From an uncultured archaeon (GTDB lineage Archaea; Asgardarchaeota; Jordiarchaeia; Jordiarchaeales; Jordiarchaeaceae), in contig CAZECW010000146.1 of the NCBI GenBank assembly GCA_964510585.1, positions 17,841-49,840 of the forward strand: a stretch of DNA of 32,000 bases, in the 5' to 3' direction. How positions within the stretch are numbered: position 1 is the first letter of the stretch; the number at the start of each line of letters is the position of its first letter. The translations under genes were made by a program, and so were the position numbers. Positions 9,633 through 17,045 of the stretch are shown here, in pieces. The notes below the pieces were generated by a model, which did no database searches, was not told the DNA's origin, and worked only from the letters and a program-made list of their open reading frames with translations.

Positions 9633-9893
9633 TGCCTGAAAACCTCGTTTTTAAATTTAATATAGGTAACTCAAAGTGTTTGGTTCCAGTTCCGGCATTT
9701 AGAATAAATTTAAGACTAACATTTAAGATAATATCCCCTCTGTTTTAGATTTCGGCCAGGTCTAAGGCTTATAATTGTAAATCTATATAGGCTTACCCAA
9801 ATTTTGGAGGTGCTTTTCCATAGCAATAGTATTTTTAGTAAGAAAAATTAAGCATTTTATTGCATAGTTTTGTCCAGTGTGGGGCGAGGGGTA

Positions 9894-10337
9894 CTAAATC
9901 AGAGATCTTTTTAACTCTTTGAGTGCTATACAGCTTTCAAGGGCTGTTATCGCTGGTTCTCTTTGCAATTTTTCTAGGAATGCATTTAGGCTTGATAAAT
10001 CCTTTACCACGACTTTCATGTTTACGCCACACTTGCCTGACATGGAATAAGCTTCCACGACTTCAGGCAATTCTTTAACGAGTTCTTCTACTTCTCTCTC
10101 CCTCTGGTTCTGGGGGTAGGCTACAACATAAGCTATTATTGATTTTCCGCTTCTCTCGGGGTTAAGTGCCACCGTAAACCTTTCAATAACCTTGTCTTCG
10201 ACCAATTTTTTTACTCTTTTCCTCACGGTAGACTCTGTTACCCCTAGCTCATCAGCGATTTCTCTGTATGGTCTTCTGGAATCCTTAATTAGCATTTCCA
10301 CTATTTTCTTATTAATTGTATCCAGCTCCATTACCAT
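9894..10337 (-). CDS. Lrp/AsnC family transcriptional regulator (second paralog)
   Basis: LDTINKKIVEMLIKDSRRPYREIADELGVTESTVRKRVKKL HTH + RAM domain. AGGAGG SD (10341-10346) spacing favours the ATG at 10331. Confidence 0.93.
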   Translation of the reverse strand: MVMELDTINKKIVEMLIKDSRRPYREIADELGVTESTVRKRVKKLVEDKVIERFTVALNPERSGKSIIAYVVAYPQNQREREVEELVKELPEVVEAYSMSGKCGVNMKVVVKDLSSLNAFLEKLQREPAITALESCIALKELKRSLI

Positions 10338-10396
10338 TTTCCTCCTTCTTCTCCGAAGTAATTGTTTTATATAATTTACTTAAGAGTACTTATTTC

Positions 10397-10411
10397 GGAA
10401 AATTTATAAAT
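10397..10411 (+). promoter_or_regulatory. Putative BRE + TATA promoter, identical 15-mer to the hdr promoter
   Basis: GGAAAATTTATAAAT on +, the exact reverse complement of 8996-9010. Confidence 0.5.
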
Positions 10412-10515
10412 ATTTTGGAATAAAACCATAAATATTTTACGCTAAAATTATTGAAAAATAGTAAAAAGTAATCCAAAATATGTATACCACCTAATTTTAG
10501 GGAGGAGAACAAAAT

Positions 10516-10584
10516 TTGGTAAGCAAGGAACAATTTTTGTCGAATTTTAACAATCTGAAAAGAATTTTGGGACGATATCAGTAA
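10516..10584 (+). CDS. Candidate 22-aa small protein MVSKEQFLSNFNNLKRILGRYQ
   Basis: GGAGGAG at 10501-10507, 8 nt before the TTG. Upstream BRE/TATA at 10397-10411. Amphipathic-looking helix. Below the ORF-track length cutoff. Confidence 0.35.
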   Translation: MVSKEQFLSNFNNLKRILGRYQ

Positions 10585-10910
10585 AAATATGAAGAATAAT
10601 TTACTGAAATCAACTAAAATTTACTATTTTCAATAATTGGAAGAGATGAGTTTATCTTAAATAACAAATTGTTTAATTTAGAGCCAAAAAACGGAATAAA
10701 AGAGATATATTTTTTCCGTTAAACTTGTAGAAAAGTTTATAAAACGTGTTTTTAATGTTCGGCGCTGGGAGTTTTTAGGAAAAAAATTTCCCAAAATGGG
10801 ATTATTACCGTGTTTATTTTTACTAAAATTGTTAAAATTTATAATTGAAATTCCGATTTTCAACTAATAATATATATGTTATATGGAGCAAAAAATTGGA
10901 GTGATAAGTT

Positions 10911-11489
10911 ATGAAGGTTTATGTTCCGCTAAGAGAAAAGAAAGATGCTGGTAGCATAATGTGGGTTGCAAAGGTTGGATACGAGTCAAATGTAGCCTTC
11001 TACGCCGTTTCTGATAACATGGATGAGTTATATGAATCTATTAATGAAAAGGCGCAAAATCACTATTCTGGATTAATGGATTTGGATAGGAGTTTCATTA
11101 CAGTGAGAAAGGCTCGTTTAGGCGAGGTGGACATCCCTGAGAGAATAATAGGTTCCGCCACAAGAAAAATTGAAGAGGAAGGTTATGGAAATACAAAAAT
11201 TCCTCCGAGTATTTTGGTGCCTCTGGATCTAGAGTTAGTTCCTATAGTTAATCTTGGTCTTGATGACGTAGATCCAGAATTTAGCCGATTTATTGAAGCC
11301 AGAAACATATTATCCAAAGAAGAGATAATATTCCTAAATGAATTAGATGGTGAATCAAAAATTACTCTAACTGAAAAAGATGGCCAACTAGTTTGGGAGT
11401 ATCAGAAAGATGGCGTAAATGCGGAATTTGACGCCCTCAGCGGTGTGAAGATAGTTAGCAAGTTAGTAATTAAAAGGGGTGTGATGTAA
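10911..11489 (+). CDS. Hypothetical acidic protein (192 aa), co-transcribed with the MetF-like gene
   Basis: GGAGTGA SD before the ATG. Protein-like composition. 3-nt gap to the next ORF. No recognised motif. Confidence 0.75.
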   Translation: MKVYVPLREKKDAGSIMWVAKVGYESNVAFYAVSDNMDELYESINEKAQNHYSGLMDLDRSFITVRKARLGEVDIPERIIGSATRKIEEEGYGNTKIPPSILVPLDLELVPIVNLGLDDVDPEFSRFIEARNILSKEEIIFLNELDGESKITLTEKDGQLVWEYQKDGVNAEFDALSGVKIVSKLVIKRGVM

Positions 11490-11492
11490 AGT

Positions 11493-12332
11493 ATGGCTAT
11501 GGAGAAAATGGTTCGTGGAGAATTTATGACCATAGCATTATTTGATCCCCCAGAGGGAATTGATACGTTCAAATTTTTGCGTGAAGTGGAAGCCTTCAGT
11601 GATTATGTTGATGCTATTCTGATTCCGGACTCTACCAACGAGTACATTCATATGAGTCCAATTGTTCCCTGTATGCTCCTTTCCCAGTTTAATGTGGAGC
11701 CTATAATGGAGATTGCCTATGGGAGTAGAAGTGAAAAAGCCGTTTATTCTGATGTTTTGGCGGCGCTAACAGCGGGAGTTCGCAGCATAGTTTTTGTGGC
11801 AAAAAATGCAGATGAAGCTTATGTTGAGAAAAACATTCTAGATGTCATAAAAGAAGTACGAAAAATGGTGGACGAATTAGAATTTGAGGATCCTGACTAC
11901 AATATAGATCTTAAAATCGGCCTTTCTATTAATCCGCTTACCGAGGAGCGGGTAGATTTCCGAGAAGCCAAAGAGGCGGGCGTGGACTTCATAATAGCAC
12001 TCGAAACATACGACCCCGCGCTAATATTTGACATTATTCATAGAGCTAGGGAGGCTGGCCTGTATACTATAATGAAAGTTGGAGTGTTTACTTCATTTAA
12101 TCAGGCCAAATTTGCACACAAATTTATACCAGAACTATTCGTCCCGGAAGAACTCCTTGAGAAACTGTGGGAAGCAGAAGACGAGGCCCAGGCTGGCGTC
12201 GAATTTGCGCGAGAACACATAAAAATGCTGGTAGAACTGGGCGCTGATGGAGTATGCCTCATGCCTATAAATGAACCCAAAATATACAAAGTACTCCACA
12301 ATTCTCTGAATCTTAGTATTCAAAACACTTAA
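11493..12332 (+). CDS. Divergent methylenetetrahydrofolate reductase (MetF)-like TIM-barrel protein, probably catalytically degenerate
   Basis: Aligns by eye with MetF: DAILIPDS...VEPIMEI...DVLAALTAGVRSI...EAGVDFIIALETYD...GADGVCLMP. The TCRDRN and LTGD motifs are absent. Confidence 0.7.
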   Translation: MAMEKMVRGEFMTIALFDPPEGIDTFKFLREVEAFSDYVDAILIPDSTNEYIHMSPIVPCMLLSQFNVEPIMEIAYGSRSEKAVYSDVLAALTAGVRSIVFVAKNADEAYVEKNILDVIKEVRKMVDELEFEDPDYNIDLKIGLSINPLTEERVDFREAKEAGVDFIIALETYDPALIFDIIHRAREAGLYTIMKVGVFTSFNQAKFAHKFIPELFVPEELLEKLWEAEDEAQAGVEFAREHIKMLVELGADGVCLMPINEPKIYKVLHNSLNLSIQNT

Positions 12333-13144
12333 TGAGTCCTACCCTCCCACCATTTTTTTATCAAAAATGAAAAATTAGCAATCGACTTTCCATACTTTTC
12401 CTTTTTCGCTCTTTATATTTTTTGTTCTTATCCTTGGGGCGCAGTTAACTGGGTGTCACCTTTTGTGGGTAGGTTCGTGATATGTAGAAATGCCTTGATT
12501 TTAAGATGGAATGGGGTTAATGTTGGGAAACATGCTCATTTAAAGCATAAGAATGTGAGAAAAGACAACAAAGAAGCACCACCACACGATAAGAGGCACT
12601 GTGGAAACTGCCTTATCCTTCTTAGAAGGTCAGTTAGATTGGAAAATTCAAACGAGATTGGGACTAACGTTTTCTTTCTGGGTCTTTAGTGATTCCAAAA
12701 GAACTGGGAGGATCATTTTGAGGTTAAAAAGAGGTTGTGACAAAAATTCATTTAGTTTTTTAAATTTTTGGCAACGAACTATTAAAAAGATGTAAAATCC
12801 TGTTAAGGTTCTTTAACAATTTATGTTAAAAACTGGAAAAGCCTTCTTCGTTTTAGGAATAGTTATATCTGTTTTAAGTTTAAAATGGGCATATTGTTTT
12901 CCCATTTTGAGCAATTTTTTTACCTATTTTTTGCATTTTTTTAACAAAATTTTATTTTAAAGCATTTTTTTCAGACAGTTCCTTCCTTTTTTTATTATTT
13001 TTTTCCTTTTATGAATGCTTTTTTCTTTAATATTTAGCGGTTTAATTTTCCGAATTATTATTTTTTTATTTCCTAAAACATACCATTTAATTTATAAGCG
13101 GAACATGGTCAAAATATGACGACAAAGGTTGGAGGTAGATAAAA

Positions 13145-13456
13145 ATGGTGTTGTTTGCAAAGGAAAAATTGGCTGCCGTTGAGCTAGCCGAACTTGTAAG
13201 CAGAGTAGACCCAAAAGTGAGAGAGGATCTTGTAGAGGACATAATAGACGCCGTCCTAGAAACAGAAAACGCCGACGCAATGCCCGCAGAATATGCAAGA
13301 GCCGTCCTACAACTCTGGAGACGGGGAAAACTAGAAACAAACAACGGTCTGAAAGCCCTATTCAAAGCCGCACTAAGTGTAGAACCAGAAAAAACCGCCA
13401 AAGTCTGCGAGAAACACGGATGCAAAGAACTAGCAGACTACATAAGAAGCAAATAA
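13145..13456 (+). CDS. Hypothetical all-helical protein (103 aa) upstream of mer
   Basis: GGAGGT SD at 13131-13136. Codon style matches mer. Helical pattern. Confidence 0.75.
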   Translation: MVLFAKEKLAAVELAELVSRVDPKVREDLVEDIIDAVLETENADAMPAEYARAVLQLWRRGKLETNNGLKALFKAALSVEPEKTAKVCEKHGCKELADYIRSK

Positions 13457-13516
13457 GTCCACTCTCACTTTTTAAGCAACAAAATTTAGGAAACAAAAAG
13501 TTAGGAAGAATTAGAA

Positions 13517-14512
13517 ATGGTAAAACTGGGAATTGAGCTCGTACCCCAACAAAAAATCGATAAAATTGTTGAGTACATAAAGGAGGCAGAAGCAAATAAT
13601 TTCGACTTCGCTTGGATTACCGACCATTACAATAATCGCAACACTTACGTCACCCTGGCCCTGGCTGCTGTGCAAACATCCAAAATCAAACTGGGCACCG
13701 GAGTAACAAATCCTTTCTTGGTAAACCCAGCAGTAACAGCTTCCTCGATTGCATCAATTCACGAAGTTTCGAATGGTAGGGCAATACTGGGCATAGGTGC
13801 GGGGGATGCTACTACCCTCAAGCAATTGGGAGTCGAATGGAGCAAACCCTTAACAGCGGTGCAAGAAACCATAATGATTGCCAAAAAGTTATGGGCGGGA
13901 GAAACAGTCAAATTTGAGGGAGAAGTCTTTAAAATAAAAAGCGCAAGGCTAAACTTCAAAAATAAGTTCGGGCCAATTCCAGTATACGTTGGCGCCCAAG
14001 GACCCAAAATGCTGGAACTTGCAGCAACCTTAGGAGACGGCGCACTAATAAATGCTTCCCACCCCATAGATTTGGAACCCGCAACGGCCAAACTAAAGGA
14101 AACACTGAGTCAGAGGGCCAACTCCCAAGAATTCGATATTGCGGCCTACACAAGCTTTTCATTAGCAGATACAGAACAGGAAGCACGAAAACTTGCAGCA
14201 CCTGTAGTCACATTCATTGTGGCTGCTACCCCAGCAATCGTCCTTGAAAGACACGAAATTCCGGAAGCAGATGTAAACAAATTAAGGGAACTCCTTGGAA
14301 AAGGAAAAATCACAGAAGCATTCGCCGCAGTAACCGACGAAATGATAGATGCCTTCTCAATCTGCGGAACAAAAGAGACGGTCACAGAAAAAATGATTGA
14401 CCTCAAAGAAATCGGAGTATCACAAATCGTAATCGGCTCCCCCATCGCAGACGACAAAAATAAAGCCATAAAAACAATAGGAAATGAAATCTTACCCCTA
14501 CTAAAAGAATAA
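13517..14512 (+). CDS. mer: F420-dependent methylenetetrahydromethanopterin reductase
   Basis: GIELVP, WITDHYNNRN, LGTGVTNPF, GAQGPKML and INASHP motifs of Mer within the luciferase-like superfamily. Confidence 0.9.
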   Translation: MVKLGIELVPQQKIDKIVEYIKEAEANNFDFAWITDHYNNRNTYVTLALAAVQTSKIKLGTGVTNPFLVNPAVTASSIASIHEVSNGRAILGIGAGDATTLKQLGVEWSKPLTAVQETIMIAKKLWAGETVKFEGEVFKIKSARLNFKNKFGPIPVYVGAQGPKMLELAATLGDGALINASHPIDLEPATAKLKETLSQRANSQEFDIAAYTSFSLADTEQEARKLAAPVVTFIVAATPAIVLERHEIPEADVNKLRELLGKGKITEAFAAVTDEMIDAFSICGTKETVTEKMIDLKEIGVSQIVIGSPIADDKNKAIKTIGNEILPLLKE

Positions 14513-15318
14513 AAATTTTCAAAAAATAAAAAAACATCCTCATTTATTTAACATTTAAAGACTCTATTAAAAGGCAAAAGAATAGTAAATAGACTTAATT
14601 CCCCCATTTTTCCTTTTAAACAACTTCTAAGAACCACGATTCACCAAACACATATTGATAAACCATTACAAACTCATTTCTCACAGATTTTTAAAACCCT
14701 TTAACTTACTGGGAAGTTTCTTATTTTTCAATTCCCCCAGTCAGATCCCCCTTAATATGCCAGTGAAAATGCAAAAACACAAATAGGGAAATAAGAGAAA
14801 CATAATTATCCAAAAATTCTAGAACAATCTGCAAAGTGGAGCGTTATAAAATAAACTGTCACACTAAATCAAATCGAGATTGGCGGGAAAGAGCATTAAA
14901 ACAATTGGTACCATACCTTTGTAAATATTTAGCTTGTGAAAATTTTTCCAGAATTACTGCTTTTGGAAAATAAGGGCCTTTTTAACTAGCGTTGATAAGA
15001 AGGCATAGAGTTTTAATTGGAAGTTGAATTGTCAAGTTCAAATACAGGAATAAGTATATAGACTTGCTCAAGAGACGATACCTGAAAAATGAAGAGGAGC
15101 AACACCCTTGGCTGGCTATGTACAAAAAAATGCAAAATAAGGCCTACTTCAGGGCTCAGAATCCCTATTACCCTATTTTGTACACAAAAAATAAATAAGT
15201 GCTACTTTTTAACAACCAATTATTAACTTACAGTCAAAAATATATATCCCTTCATTACCGTAAACACGGGTTAGGAAAATGATTCCCACGCCCAAATTTT
15301 AGGAGGCATGAAGCAAGA

Positions 15319-15963
15319 ATGATAATTACCAAGGCAAAGTCTGACGAAGAAATCAAGGAAGTAATACAACCCTTCAAAAAACTAGTAGTGGTGGGCTGCG
15401 GAACCTGTGCAACCTTGTGCCAGACCGGCGGCGACGAACAAGTCAAAGCAATGGTTCAAAAATTGACGGACTGGGGCAAGGAAGTTACCGGCTCCATAGT
15501 TATCGAAAATCCCTGCGACCTCAGAATTGACAAGCGTGACCTGAAAAGACTTGGAGACGCCATGGCCAACGCCGACGCAGTAATTGTTATGTCATGTGGC
15601 GTCGGAGTCCAAACCATATCACAAGCCAGCGACAAAATCACACTCGCAGCTCTGGACACAGTTTTCATCGGCGAAGTGGAACGCATAGGACAATTCTACG
15701 AAATGTGCAGAGCATGCGGAGACTGCATACTAAATGAAACAGGCGGAATATGTCCCATAACAAGATGCGCAAAACACCTACTAAACGGACCATGCGGTGG
15801 AATGAACAAAGAAAAATGCGAAGTAGGCACAGACAAAGACTGCGCATGGGTACTCATATGGAAACGACTAAAAGAACAAGGTAGAGAAGAACTCTTCACC
15901 AAATTCAGAGAACCCCGAGATTACAGCATAAAAGCCGGACCAGCCGAAATCATATGGAAATAA
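15319..15963 (+). CDS. metV: Methylene-THF reductase Fe-S/Zn subunit MetV
   Basis: VGCGTCATLCQTGG, SCGVGVQ and CRACGDCILNETGGICPITRCAKHLLNGPCGG...CEV...DCAW. Directly upstream of metF. Confidence 0.88.
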   Translation: MIITKAKSDEEIKEVIQPFKKLVVVGCGTCATLCQTGGDEQVKAMVQKLTDWGKEVTGSIVIENPCDLRIDKRDLKRLGDAMANADAVIVMSCGVGVQTISQASDKITLAALDTVFIGEVERIGQFYEMCRACGDCILNETGGICPITRCAKHLLNGPCGGMNKEKCEVGTDKDCAWVLIWKRLKEQGREELFTKFREPRDYSIKAGPAEIIWK

Positions 15964-15978
15964 TGGAGGATATGAAAA

Positions 15979-16902
15979 ATGGGACCAATAACCGAAGTTT
16001 ATAGCAAACTTGGAGAAAGCCTAAAATCAGGCAAGTGGACATGGACAGGAGAAATCGAACCGGAAAAAACAACTAACCTAGAAGAAGTAATCCACACCGC
16101 CAAAATACTCGCAGGACACGTAGTAGCAGCAAACGTAACAGACAACCCACAATCATTCGGATGCATGAACAGCCTAGTCCCTTCCTACCTCATACAAAAA
16201 GAAGCCGGCCTCGAAGCCATATGGCAGGTAACCTGCAGAGACAGAAACCGCCTAGGACTCCTATCAGACATACTCGCCGCAGGCAACCTAGGAATCAAAA
16301 ACATACTAGCACTAACAGGAGATCACACCACATCAGGAGACAACCCACAATCCATGCCAGTATTCGACTTGGATTCCGCCCAACTAGTATACATGATTAA
16401 AAAAATAATGGCGGGACACGACCTAGCGGGAAACGAGATTGAAAATCCCCCAAAATTCCACATAGGAGTCGCAGGCGCACCAGGAGCAGAACCACTAGAA
16501 CCAGAAATCCTAAAAATAGAACGCAAAATAAAAGTAGGCGGCGAATTCATACAAACCCAAGTAGTCTACGACATGGAAATAGCAAAAAGATTCCTAGACG
16601 CAGTCAAACATCTAAAAGTACCCACACTAATAGGCATCTGTCCACTAAAATCCTATAAGATGGCCAAATGGATGGACGAATTCTGCCCAGGAATCTTCGT
16701 CCCACCAGAAATACTAGAAGACCTAAAGAAAATACAAGACGCCCCAAAAGAAGAACGACGCCAAAAAACCGACGAATGGAACCTAAACTTCTTCGAAGGC
16801 TGGCTAAAAGAACTCAAGAAAACAACCAGCGCAGCAGGATGCCACATTATGGCTGTAGGATTTGAGTACATTGTCGCTGACATTGTCAAGCTAATAAAGT
16901 AA
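15979..16902 (+). CDS. metF: 5,10-methylenetetrahydrofolate reductase catalytic subunit
   Basis: TGEIEP (conserved Glu), NVTDNPQ, QVTCRDRNRLGLLSD, LALTGDH, QTQVVYD. GGAGGA SD before the ATG. Confidence 0.92.
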   Translation: MGPITEVYSKLGESLKSGKWTWTGEIEPEKTTNLEEVIHTAKILAGHVVAANVTDNPQSFGCMNSLVPSYLIQKEAGLEAIWQVTCRDRNRLGLLSDILAAGNLGIKNILALTGDHTTSGDNPQSMPVFDLDSAQLVYMIKKIMAGHDLAGNEIENPPKFHIGVAGAPGAEPLEPEILKIERKIKVGGEFIQTQVVYDMEIAKRFLDAVKHLKVPTLIGICPLKSYKMAKWMDEFCPGIFVPPEILEDLKKIQDAPKEERRQKTDEWNLNFFEGWLKELKKTTSAAGCHIMAVGFEYIVADIVKLIK

Positions 16903-16903
16903 T

Positions 16904-16935
16904 TATTTTTCCCTCTTTTTTTGTTATTTTGTTCT
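16904..16935 (+). terminator. T-rich tract after metF, putative archaeal terminator
   Basis: TTATTTTTCCCTCTTTTTTTGTTATTTT begins within 2 nt of the stop, in the convergent intergenic region. Confidence 0.5.
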
Positions 16936-17045
16936 GGCTGTTTGGTGTAGCTGTCTTCTTAAAGCAGGGGTAGGGTAGTTTTATTTTTTGTGGGTTTTGT
17001 TGCTCTTTTTTGGGGCTTGTTTTGTTTTGTTTAGTTTTGGGGGGT

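Noticed and set aside
12453-12795. ORFs 12453-12689 and 12601-12795 in the gap before mer
   Set aside because: GTG starts without a convincing SD, non-protein-like sequence and mutual overlap.
14944-14970. TTCCA...TGGAA as a possible origin recognition box
   Set aside because: Wrong spacing, no G-string, no repeats and no cdc6/orc1 in the window.
15308-15322. Mini-uORF MKQE* overlapping the metV start (ATGA)
   Set aside because: AGGAGG is only 1 nt from this ATG but 12 nt from the metV ATG. Most likely incidental.
16960-17045. GTTTT-like tandem pattern as a repeat array or CRISPR
   Set aside because: Low-complexity G/T tract without a fixed unit or spacers. Covered by the skew finding.
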